Shown: positions 1-8,012 of the stretch, in pieces
Position numbering within the stretch: position 1 is the first letter of the stretch
How the letters are laid out: each line of letters opens with the position of its first letter
Source of the DNA: Candidatus Bathyarchaeia archaeon
GTDB taxonomy: Archaea > Thermoproteota > Bathyarchaeia > Bathyarchaeales > Bathycorpusculaceae
Length of the DNA: 16,137 bases
Assembly (NCBI GenBank): GCA_038882655.1
Contig: JAVZNT010000019.1
Span: 1 to 16,137 of the forward strand
Reading direction: 5' to 3'
Program-made: the position numbers and the translations under genes
The notes under the pieces: generated by a model
The model's database searches: none
What the model saw: the letters and a program-made list of their open reading frames with translations, nothing else
What the model was told of the DNA's origin: nothing

Positions 1-105
1 ACCAGGATGCGGGTTAGTTTCGAGAAGCTCCCTTAACTCGCTTTCGACGAGAATCTCCTCGGTTGGTGGTCTCTTAATTAGGTCTATTTTTGTTTCTATG
101 TCCAA
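1..105 (-). CDS. tyrS: Tyrosine--tRNA ligase, N-terminal 35 codons (continues beyond the left edge)
   Basis: Manual translation from TTG at 105 gives MDIETKIDLIKRPPTEEILVESELRELLETNPHPG, closely resembling the archaeal TyrRS N-terminus (MDIEERI.L..+PTEE++T...LR.L). A TATA-like TTTTAAG lies on the minus strand at 149-143. The HIGH motif is outside the window. Confidence 0.85.
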   Translation of the reverse strand, partial: MDIETKIDLIKRPPTEEILVESELRELLETNPHPG

Positions 106-148
106 GACTGGTCAAGCCTTCTACATTTACGCCAAACATAAACTTAAA

Positions 149-392
149 AGTTGTTTCGCGGGCGCTTATTGTCTCCCACGTTACCTATCACTTAACCTCA
201 TTGTGGAGCCATGCGCTCCCCTTGGTTAAGCTCTCTCCGGCGTGGGAGGTTTGGCGCCCGCGCCCGCCGGTGTCCCATGTTTGGGTAAACCCGCCTTCAC
301 GGCAACAAGCGTTTTTGCGCTTGCCGCTCTGTTGGGTCCGTCGGCATGGATTTATCCCGGCGGGATTAAGGCTCCGCAAAAGGTTCATCGCC
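149..392 (-). ncRNA. Structured non-coding RNA, probable box H/ACA-type guide RNA with K-turns
   Basis: GC-rich island of nested helices: 157-165/254-262, 173-180/241-248, 191-197/224-230, 205-209/215-219, 263-270/357-364, 275-279/345-349, 302-311/318-327. K-turn patterns at 370-392 and 297-329. ACA triplets follow each inner hairpin and a third lies at 154-152 before UUUU. G-U pairs and purine-rich loops favour the minus strand. Confidence 0.65.
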
Positions 393-462
393 AATTCTAG
401 TCTAAGCCTTTACGGAATTAAATGTTGCTGTTTTAAAAGGTGAAGGTCATATTTGTTGCTGA

Positions 463-630
463 TTTTCGGAAGCCTACATAACCATAAATGGTGAGGGTGT
501 AACATCCCTTATTGCCATTGCAGATGAGGGTACGTCCATCCTTTTGGGCGTGACAGCCCTTGAACTTTTGGAGTTGCAGGTTGACCCAGTTAGTGGAAAA
601 CTTGTACCCATGGAGCTAATGATTCTTTAA
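463..630 (+). pseudogene. C-terminal remnant of a clan AA (retropepsin-like) aspartic protease
   Basis: The frame reads FSEAYITINGEGVTSLIAIADEGTSILLGVTALELLELQVDPVSGKLVPMELMIL*. LLGVTALE...VDPVSGKL matches the typical C-terminus of archaeal clan AA proteases. An in-frame TGA lies at 460-462, and there is no DTG motif or usable upstream start. Confidence 0.65.
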
Positions 631-711
631 GCCGTAGGCTTTTGGAATTTAAGGCTGGTTTTAGGCTTATTTTCTCTACCCCCTTCCTCTCTAGAATTTT
701 GCCTATTAAAA

Positions 712-750
712 TGTCAATTTTGTTGTTGGTGGGGAACTGCAAAATTGATA
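712..750. terminator. AT-rich inverted repeat just downstream of pheT, possible terminator
   Basis: TGTCAATTTTG (712-722) pairs with CAAAATTGATA (740-750). It lies between the convergent pheT and the protease remnant. Confidence 0.3.
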
Positions 751-757
751 GCCCCCT

Positions 758-2425
758 CTAGATTTTTCTTTGTAGTAGCCATTCTAGGTCTATTTCGAGG
801 CTTGCTGTTGGGTTTTCTAGTTCAAAGTTGTTTAGGACTTGTGGGTGGACTTCGCCTAGAACCCCAATTTGTTTATTGCCTATTTTGATGGCTGCCGTTC
901 TGCCTTGCAAGAAGCTTGGATGTTTCGCCTCTTTTATTTGCCAGTTTGTTAAGCCTAGGTTGGCAAGGAGAGCCTCGCATGTGGATTTTATTTCTGTGTA
1001 GTTGGCTGTTGAGTGGCATGTTACCGCTGCCAAGTGTAAGCGTCTCTCACACATAGTTTCTAGTCGACGGTTTATTTTCGCCACGTCTGAAACTTCAAAA
1101 AGCTTTTGGGGGTAGCTTTCATGCTTGTTTTCAGCTAGGTTCTTTAAAAGTCCGGGTAGGAGCGTCTCCCTCATTATGGTGTATTCAGCTGACACTGGGT
1201 TTGCAAGGCGCACAGGGTTTTCTGGTGTGAGCCTCATAAGCTCGTAGTGGATTCTCTCGTTTGTTAGGGTGAAATTCATAACCTCCAAGAAGCCTAAACC
1301 AGACATTATTTGGCGAACGGTGTCCGCCAACTTGTTTGCTGGATGCTTTTCGCCAACGGTAACAGTGGCGGGTATTGTTGGTTCTAAACGATGATAGCCG
1401 TAGCCTATGGCAACTTCCTCGACAAGGTCTATTTCATGCATTATATCAATTCTGTATGGTGGAATGGCAACTTCTAGAATCCCTTTCTCAACGGTTTCCG
1501 CGTCCAGTCGGCACTTTTGCAGGCATTTCACGGCTTCAGCCTCTGAAAGCCTTAAACCCAGCATTCTGTTGGCATAGTTTAACCTAAGCCCCATTTTTTC
1601 AGACTCAAGATTTGGTGAAACCACTATGCGGTCTGGATAATGCACGGTGACCTTTTCCAGTTTGCCGCCCATGTCGGCTAGCGCTGTGGCTAAAACTTTT
1701 AGGCTTTTTTCCACAGCCTCAAAGCTCGGTCCAGTAACATCTAAGAAAAAGTTTCGCGTATTGGTGTCCACTCTTGTGAGTTCACCATTTATTATCGGCG
1801 GCATCGACAAAACCCGTCCATATTTGTCGATTAGTAGCGGATATTTGGGTGCCCAGTCAATTAAGTGGCGGTAAGCCACGCCCTTTTCATGTCTCTCAAG
1901 AATCTCTTTGGGCGTCATTTCCTCTGTCTTGCCAAGTGGAGTAAATTTGACACTTGTCGGCTCGACAGCCGTGTATGTAAAAGGCTGTTCAACAACATCT
2001 AAGTTGTGGATTCCGATAGACGCTTTCTTGCGATCTCTGCCAATTCCCCAGTGGAGGTCTTCTTGCATATCCATAAGCTCAGCAACAGCATCCTCGTCCA
2101 ACCTTACGTCTCGGACTACGGCGGCAAGCATGTAGGGTCTAACGGTGGCAACAGCTTTGTCCACTTTAAGTGTTGTTTTAGACTCTTCCGCATGGTATCT
2201 TGGCATTCCGGTCTCCAGTTCCAAGAAACCTTTTAACGCTCGCGCCACACCAGCATAACTGCAGAAGTCTATACGGTTTGGGTTGTACTCAGCCTTCACA
2301 TAGTCTTCGCCTGTCTCCTCCAAATCAAAGCCTATCCATGGAAGCCACTTTGTCAAGTCTTCAACAGCCACGGGCTTGCCCAAAAACTTCGAAAAACGCT
2401 CTACGTGAAGCGTTATTACTGGCAT
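758..2425 (-). CDS. pheT: Phenylalanine--tRNA ligase beta subunit (archaeal type)
   Basis: Motifs MPVITL, EYNPNRID, GRDRKKASIGIHNLD, PPIING, PPYRIDIMHEIDLVEEVAIGYGY and GEVHPQVLNNF. Start placed at ATG 2425, overlapping the pheS end by 10 nt, rather than the track's 2446. Confidence 0.97.
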   Translation of the reverse strand: MPVITLHVERFSKFLGKPVAVEDLTKWLPWIGFDLEETGEDYVKAEYNPNRIDFCSYAGVARALKGFLELETGMPRYHAEESKTTLKVDKAVATVRPYMLAAVVRDVRLDEDAVAELMDMQEDLHWGIGRDRKKASIGIHNLDVVEQPFTYTAVEPTSVKFTPLGKTEEMTPKEILERHEKGVAYRHLIDWAPKYPLLIDKYGRVLSMPPIINGELTRVDTNTRNFFLDVTGPSFEAVEKSLKVLATALADMGGKLEKVTVHYPDRIVVSPNLESEKMGLRLNYANRMLGLRLSEAEAVKCLQKCRLDAETVEKGILEVAIPPYRIDIMHEIDLVEEVAIGYGYHRLEPTIPATVTVGEKHPANKLADTVRQIMSGLGFLEVMNFTLTNERIHYELMRLTPENPVRLANPVSAEYTIMRETLLPGLLKNLAENKHESYPQKLFEVSDVAKINRRLETMCERRLHLAAVTCHSTANYTEIKSTCEALLANLGLTNWQIKEAKHPSFLQGRTAAIKIGNKQIGVLGEVHPQVLNNFELENPTASLEIDLEWLLQRKI

Positions 2426-3924
2426 AGGGGTGTCCTCCTCAACCATCCCAAATTATTCGCATACAACAGCCTAACATCATCCAAGCCAAGCTCAATCATG
2501 GCTAGACGCTCCAGCCCGCCGCCCCAAGCCAAAACTGGACATTTAACCCTTACTGGCGCCAAAACTTCTGGACGGAAAACTCCCATACCACAAAGTTCTA
2601 TCCAACGCCTAAGCTTCGGATGGTAAGCCACAGCTTGAGCTGAGGGCTCCGTGTATGGAAAGTAGCTTGGCCAAAACTCTATTTTTTCAATTCCAAACTT
2701 TGTGTAAAAGGTTTTTAGGGTTCCCATCAAATCACGGAGTGTAACCTTTTTGTCGACAACTATGCCCTCAATTTGGTGGAACTCGGCCAAGTGTTTGTAT
2801 GTAACCTGTTCGTTTCTGTAAACCCTATCTACCGAGAAAACCTTAATCGGCGGCTTCTTATGCTTAGCCAGATACTTTATTGTTTCAGCTGTTGTGTGGG
2901 TTCGCAGAACAAGTCTCTTGGCTTCTTCTGGGTTCCACTTGTAACGCCAACCCTTAGAGCCGGTAACCCAACCGTCTTCATGGGTTTTCGCCACAGCTTC
3001 CACAAGCCTTTTTGATGACAATCGTCCGGTCTGCGGGTTAGCCAAATAAAATGTGTCCATCATTTCGCGGGCTGGGTGGTCTTGAGGCTGGAACAGAGCG
3101 TCAAAGTTCCAGAAAGCTGTCTCCACCAATGGTCCACGAATCTCCGTGAAGCCCATCTCCAAAAAGATTTCCCGGGCACGCTTGATAATCTGCTGTAACG
3201 GATGCATCTTGCCCGGATAAACCGCTGGTCCGGGAGCAGCCACATCAAACCTTGTGAGTTTTATGCTTTTCCAACGCCCAGAAATTATGAGCTCTGGGGT
3301 TAGCTGCGTCACTTCCTCAACCATTTCCAAACCTTTCCTTACGGTTTTCCAGCCTTCCGCTGTTAGCTCCAGTTCGCGGTAAGCCTTCTCCTCCAATTCC
3401 ACAAGCTTGCGCTTTCTGAGAATGTCTAAGGCTTCTTTTAGCTCTCTGCTTAAATCATCAACTATAATGGAGCGTTTCTCGAAAATTGTGGCTAGAAGCT
3501 TCTCATCATCCCCGAGCGGCGGCTCAGCTTTCACGTTTAAAGTGCACCTTTTGCCTTTTATTGCTCCCAAATGCTTCCTTTTCAGCCAGCCCAAAGCAAT
3601 TGGCACAAGACCAGCACCTAAACCAGCCTCTCTGGCAGCTTCATCCACACTTGCCTCGCCGCCAAGCCTCAACAAGGCGCGGAGAAGACGCCGCTCTGGC
3701 AAGCCGTACTGAGCATAGCCTTCGCCTTCCTCGTTTAATGTGGCTACGTTCCATTTCCGCTCATGAATTTTCACAAGGTTCCTTGAAGAAAGCGTTAAAG
3801 CGGCTCTCATAACAGCGGCGTGTGCCAAACTACTTTTTTCAGCTATATCTTCAACAGAGGCTTTTCCGCCCAGCCCATGCAGTGCCATTAAAGTTTTTCT
3901 TTCATGAAGCCGCAAACCAGCCAT
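2416..3924 (-). CDS. pheS: Phenylalanine--tRNA ligase alpha subunit (archaeal type)
   Basis: Motifs FWNFDALFQPQDHPAREMMDTF, LRTHTT, VYRNE...HLAEFHQIEG, YFPYTEPS and GGGLERLAM. ATG 3924 is preceded by an AGGTG RBS. Confidence 0.97.
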   Translation of the reverse strand: MAGLRLHERKTLMALHGLGGKASVEDIAEKSSLAHAAVMRAALTLSSRNLVKIHERKWNVATLNEEGEGYAQYGLPERRLLRALLRLGGEASVDEAAREAGLGAGLVPIALGWLKRKHLGAIKGKRCTLNVKAEPPLGDDEKLLATIFEKRSIIVDDLSRELKEALDILRKRKLVELEEKAYRELELTAEGWKTVRKGLEMVEEVTQLTPELIISGRWKSIKLTRFDVAAPGPAVYPGKMHPLQQIIKRAREIFLEMGFTEIRGPLVETAFWNFDALFQPQDHPAREMMDTFYLANPQTGRLSSKRLVEAVAKTHEDGWVTGSKGWRYKWNPEEAKRLVLRTHTTAETIKYLAKHKKPPIKVFSVDRVYRNEQVTYKHLAEFHQIEGIVVDKKVTLRDLMGTLKTFYTKFGIEKIEFWPSYFPYTEPSAQAVAYHPKLRRWIELCGMGVFRPEVLAPVRVKCPVLAWGGGLERLAMIELGLDDVRLLYANNLGWLRRTPLCQ

Positions 3925-4183
3925 CTTCAAACACCTAAGCAATGGTTTAAGCTATTTACCGTGTTGTAATGCTTACATAAGAGTTGTTGGAGAGTTTTAA
4001 AACTATGCCCTTTAAAAGCGAAAACAAAGCCGCTTCTCATGTAAATTGGCGGGACATACCTTCACCAGCAACATTTGAATGGAAACGTCAACCCCATATT
4101 TATAGCTTATTCCAGATGAGTTTTTCACAAAATTTAATACGTTTCATAGGAATTGTATAAGGAAGCCGAAAAAGGCTTGGAAA

Positions 4184-5323
4184 GTGCAAAGATTGGTCGG
4201 CGAAGAAAGAAACGAAATGATTGTCACACCTTGGGAGGTTAGGGGTAAAGTCGACTATGAACGCCTAATACGTGAGTTTGGGACCCAACCCTTAACAGTA
4301 GAACTAATCCAAAAATTGGCAAAACACACAGGAGGGCTTCACCTCCAACTGCGGAGAGGTCTCTTCTTTTCGCATCGCGACCTAGACGTTGTCCTAGACC
4401 TCTACGAGAAAGGTAAAAAATTTGTGCTCTACACTGGTCGGGGCCCATCCGGCCCTGTTCATTTGGGACATCTGGTTCCTTGGATTTTCACAAAGCACTT
4501 GCAAGACAATTTCAAGACGAGGCTTTACTTCCAGATGACGGACGATGAAAAATTCTTGGTTAAAGACGAGTTGGAACTCAAAGAGGCAACAAACTTTGCT
4601 TATGAAAATGCTTTAGACCTCATAGCCCTAGGCTTCAAACCGGAAAACACCTTCATAATATATGACGTGCAAGACATAGATTTGCTGTACGACTTAGCAT
4701 TGGAAGTTGCCAAACGCACAACATACTCAACCGCTAGGGCGACTTTTGGCTTTCAGGAAAGCACAAACATTGGGTGGGTTTTCTGGCCAGCCGTTCAAGC
4801 GGCTCCGTGCTTCATCCACGCCAAATTAACAGGTGAGAATGTTCCAGCGCTTATTCCTGCAGCTATAGACCAAGACCCGTATTGGAGGATAACCCGTGAC
4901 GTTGCGCCTAAACTTGGCTATTACAAGCCAGCGCAGATTCACTGTCGCCTTCTTCCTGGTTTAGGTGTTGGCGGGAAAATGAGTGCCTCAGAGCCTGAAA
5001 CATGCATATTCACCATAGACCCGCCAGAAGTGGTAAAGCGCAAGGTTTGGAACGCCTTTACTGGTGGCAAGCCGACAGTGGCGGAGCAGCGAAAAATGGG
5101 CGGAGACCCAGCCATATGCACAATATTCCAGTACTTCCTATTCATATTTGAGGAAGACGACGATAAGCTTGCCGAAAGGGAAAGGCGATGTAAAGCTGGA
5201 GAGATTCTGTGTGGCGAATGCAAAAATGAATTGGCAAATAGAATTAACAGTTTTCTCGAAGACCATAGGAGGAAACGGGAAAAAGCCAGAAACGTTTTAG
5301 ACAAGTTTCACATAAAACGTTAG
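4184..5323 (+). CDS. trpS: Tryptophan--tRNA ligase (archaeal/eukaryotic type)
   Basis: Motifs VTPWEV, YTGRGPSGPVHLGH (HIGH), AIDQDPY, KMSAS (KMSKS), AFTGG and a C-terminal ILCGECK. The start could be a few codons downstream (up to ATG 4217). Confidence 0.96.
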   Translation: MQRLVGEERNEMIVTPWEVRGKVDYERLIREFGTQPLTVELIQKLAKHTGGLHLQLRRGLFFSHRDLDVVLDLYEKGKKFVLYTGRGPSGPVHLGHLVPWIFTKHLQDNFKTRLYFQMTDDEKFLVKDELELKEATNFAYENALDLIALGFKPENTFIIYDVQDIDLLYDLALEVAKRTTYSTARATFGFQESTNIGWVFWPAVQAAPCFIHAKLTGENVPALIPAAIDQDPYWRITRDVAPKLGYYKPAQIHCRLLPGLGVGGKMSASEPETCIFTIDPPEVVKRKVWNAFTGGKPTVAEQRKMGGDPAICTIFQYFLFIFEEDDDKLAERERRCKAGEILCGECKNELANRINSFLEDHRRKREKARNVLDKFHIKR

Positions 5324-5347
5324 AAAAAGCAGGAGGCTTTAACCAGA

Positions 5348-5914
5348 ATGAATGGGAAAGATGTTGTTGATGTAAGTCCTTCAAACGCTTATAGGCTTGT
5401 CCACCCAATGCACACGGTTCTAGTCTCATGTGTCGATAAAGATGGAAAACCCAACATTATTACTTTGGCTTGGGCTATGCCAACCTCCATCAGCCCGCCG
5501 CTTGTAGCTGTCAGCATTGCGCCCCGCAGACACTCCCACAGCCTAATCCAAGAGATAAAAGAGTTTGTCGTTAACATCCCAACAATGGAGATACTGGATG
5601 CAACATTCTTTTGTGGGCGGGTTAGCGGAAGAGACCACGACAAGTTTAAGGAAGCTGAATTAACACCTCTTCCAGCTAGAAAGGTTAAGCCGCCAATAAT
5701 TAAGGAGTGCATCGCCCACTTGGAGTGTAGGCTTCACAGCCAATTCCAGACGGGGGACCACACAATTTTTGTTGGCGAAATCCTCGAAGCCTATGCAAAC
5801 AAGGAATGCTTCACAAGCAGAGGCTATGACCTAGAAAAAGCGAAGATGATTTTTCATCTGGGCGGAGACGAGTTCGCAACCCTCCAGCCCAAGATTTTCA
5901 AGCCCAGAGCCTAA
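5348..5914 (+). CDS. Flavin reductase-like / flavoredoxin family FMN-binding protein
   Basis: Motifs PNIITLAW, SISPPLVAVSI, EFVVNIP, CGRVSGRDHDKF and GDHTIFVGEI. Confidence 0.9.
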   Translation: MNGKDVVDVSPSNAYRLVHPMHTVLVSCVDKDGKPNIITLAWAMPTSISPPLVAVSIAPRRHSHSLIQEIKEFVVNIPTMEILDATFFCGRVSGRDHDKFKEAELTPLPARKVKPPIIKECIAHLECRLHSQFQTGDHTIFVGEILEAYANKECFTSRGYDLEKAKMIFHLGGDEFATLQPKIFKPRA

Positions 5915-6586
5915 CTAGAACTGGTAGCTTTCTCCAGGATTCAGAACAACCACTTTAACTTTCGGCGCCTTCCCCTTCACTTTTTTGACAAACTCTTCTG
6001 TTGATTGGGCTAAAACTGGAAAAGTCTTAAAATGCATCGGAATCACAACTTTAGGCTTCAACAATCTGACGGCTTCAGCCGCCTCCAAAGCGCCCATTGT
6101 GTAGTATCCGCCTACAGGCAGTAGTGCCAAGTCAAGCTTGTAGAGCTGCCCAATAAGCTTCATGTCCCCAAAAAGTCCAGTATCCCCAGCATGATAAACC
6201 CTCTTACCTTCAGCCTCAACAATAACACCTGTTGGTGCACCTCTAGAGCATGTGTGGAAGGCTTGAACCATGTATAACTTTACGCCTTTAACTTCCGCGC
6301 ATCCACCAATGTTTAGTCCAACAACGTCTTTGATGCCGTTTTCGCTCGCATGATTGCCAAGCTCAAAAGTTGAAACAAAAGTGGCGTTGGTTCGCCGGCA
6401 AATGTTTATTGCGTCGCCAAGATGGTCTCCATGGTCATGGGTAACATAAACAATGTCAGCCTTGTCAATTTCAGAAGCTTTTATGGGTGAGGCCGGGTTT
6501 CCATTAAGCCATGGGTCAATTAAGACTGTTTTGTCACCTATCTCGATTTTGAAGGAGGCGTGCCCAAACCATGTTACCTTCGCCAA
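5915..6586 (-). CDS. Metallo-beta-lactamase-fold metal-dependent hydrolase (UPF0173-like)
   Basis: Motifs WFGHASF, LIDPW, THDHGDH, YHAGDTG and IPMHF. The TTG start has an AGGAGG RBS. Its stop abuts the flavin reductase stop. Confidence 0.92.
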   Translation of the reverse strand: MAKVTWFGHASFKIEIGDKTVLIDPWLNGNPASPIKASEIDKADIVYVTHDHGDHLGDAINICRRTNATFVSTFELGNHASENGIKDVVGLNIGGCAEVKGVKLYMVQAFHTCSRGAPTGVIVEAEGKRVYHAGDTGLFGDMKLIGQLYKLDLALLPVGGYYTMGALEAAEAVRLLKPKVVIPMHFKTFPVLAQSTEEFVKKVKGKAPKVKVVVLNPGESYQF

Positions 6587-6635
6587 ATAGCCAAACCTCC
6601 TTTTAGGTAAATCTTTAAACCTTAATACGGTTTAG

Positions 6636-6643
6636 TTTATAAA
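6636..6643. promoter_or_regulatory. Palindromic TATA box between the divergent hydrolase and map genes
   Basis: TTTATAAA ends 25 nt before map ATG 6668, consistent with a leaderless mRNA, and reads the same on the other strand. Confidence 0.5.
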
Positions 6644-6667
6644 GTTAAAAAATTGAAGTGCCAAGAA

Positions 6668-7573
6668 ATGAAAGAATTAGATGATGAAGCCTTTGAGAAG
6701 CTCCGCTTGTCTGGGAGAATTCTCCGCGAAACCAGAGAAGAGCTAAAAAGCTTTGTCCGCGAAAACACGCCAATAATTGAAGTTTGCGAAAAAGCCGAAG
6801 AGCTTATTAGGCGTAAGGGTGGAAAACCAGCCTTCCCATGCAACGTCTCAATAAACGAGATAGCAGCCCACTACACCTCACCGCCAAACGACACGAGGAG
6901 AATTCCAGAAAAATCCCTCGTGAAAGTGGATATCGGTGCCCACGTGGACGGCTATGTAACAGACACGGCAGTAACAATATGCTTCAACCCGGAATACCGT
7001 GAAATGGTAAATGCAGCGGAGCAAGCCTTGAAAAAGGCTGTGGAAGCCATACGCCCAGAAACACCAACATCAAGGCTTGGCGCACTAATAGAACAGACAA
7101 TAAGGTCACGTGGCTTCAAGCCAATATCAAACTTGACCGGGCATAGCGTCGGCAGGTACTTGGTGCATGCTGGAACATCATTGCCAAACGTTGCTCACCT
7201 ATCCTTTACAAAAGTTAAGGTTGGAGAAGCCTACGCTATAGAACCCTTTGTAACAGTTCAAAACGCCATCGGCAAAGTGGAAAACAGCCCAGAAGCCACA
7301 ATATTCCGCTCTGTAAAACAGAAGCCGCTCAAAAACGCTTATGCAAAAAGACTTCTAAAATACATCGAGGAAAACTTTAAGACGCTGCCCTTCACTGAGC
7401 GTTGGCTTCAAAACGTAGTCCCAAAAGAACATTATAGGGAAGCCTTCAAAGAGCTGTTAACTTCAAAGGCAATTATGAGCTATCCAGTTTTCATAGAAGC
7501 CAGTAGAAAACCAGTTGCCCAAGCAGAACACACGGTCCTAATAGTTGAGGATGGATACCTAGTCCTAACCTAA
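6668..7573 (+). CDS. map: Type II methionine aminopeptidase
   Basis: Motifs AFPCNVSINEIAAHYT, KVDIGAHVDGYVTDTA, NLTGH, AIEPF and AQAEHTV, plus the type II helical insert. ATG 6668 is preferred over TTG 6653. Confidence 0.96.
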   Translation: MKELDDEAFEKLRLSGRILRETREELKSFVRENTPIIEVCEKAEELIRRKGGKPAFPCNVSINEIAAHYTSPPNDTRRIPEKSLVKVDIGAHVDGYVTDTAVTICFNPEYREMVNAAEQALKKAVEAIRPETPTSRLGALIEQTIRSRGFKPISNLTGHSVGRYLVHAGTSLPNVAHLSFTKVKVGEAYAIEPFVTVQNAIGKVENSPEATIFRSVKQKPLKNAYAKRLLKYIEENFKTLPFTERWLQNVVPKEHYREAFKELLTSKAIMSYPVFIEASRKPVAQAEHTVLIVEDGYLVLT

Positions 7574-7575
7574 CC

Positions 7576-7995
7576 CTACCGAGGAAAAGAGGATGTTTTA
7601 CCCCTTTCATGGACTTCCCTGTAAATGGCTGTTATAATCATTTTTTCGTTGCATTTTTGGCAAGCCTCAACCTCTTTGAAAACATAGTCGCCTCGCCGAA
7701 ACTCCCGGACACTTTTGAAGCCACACTTCTTACACTCAATAGTGGTGGTAATCGGAGGAGCCTCAATTCTCAAGCGCAATATGCGCTGCCGCGTCTGAAA
7801 CAGCACGTAAGTTGATAGAGCTAAACCTATAAAGCCCAGCAGAAGCCAATAAACGGCGACTTCCGGCGCAGTATTATAGAGGTAGATTGCAAGCACAAGC
7901 GCCGCCAAAGCCAAAGCTAAAGTAACAAATATTATAAGCAGAACAAAGGATGAAACCCTCGTCGCCGCAGACGTGTTACTCTTGTTTGTGCTCAC
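7576..7995 (-). CDS. Small membrane protein with two TM helices and a C-terminal Zn ribbon
   Basis: Two hydrophobic segments followed by CKKC...CQKC. It starts 17 nt after the DUF1512 stop, so it is probably in the same operon. Confidence 0.8.
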   Translation of the reverse strand: MSTNKSNTSAATRVSSFVLLIIFVTLALALAALVLAIYLYNTAPEVAVYWLLLGFIGLALSTYVLFQTRQRILRLRIEAPPITTTIECKKCGFKSVREFRRGDYVFKEVEACQKCNEKMIITAIYREVHERGKTSSFPR

Positions 7996-8012
7996 TTCAC
8001 CGCTCCCCTCTC

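Noticed and set aside
106-392. T-box riboswitch upstream of tyrS (a UAC triplet sits near the unit-1 loop)
   Set aside because: There is no UGGN-ACC T-box bulge or antiterminator, T-boxes are bacterial, tyrS has its own TATA-like box at 149-143, and the K-turn + ACA layout fits H/ACA better.
149-392. RNase P RNA or SRP RNA
   Set aside because: It lacks the GAGGAAAGUCC/P4 signature of RNase P and the helix 8 (CAGG...GGAA...AGCAG) motif of SRP.
90-443. ORFs 90..443 (+) and 188..394 (-) as proteins
   Set aside because: Their composition is atypical and has no motifs. They are better explained as stop-poor frames across a GC-rich structured RNA.
758-3924. Long N-terminal extension of PheS and short PheT
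   Set aside because: This is standard archaeal/eukaryotic PheRS architecture.
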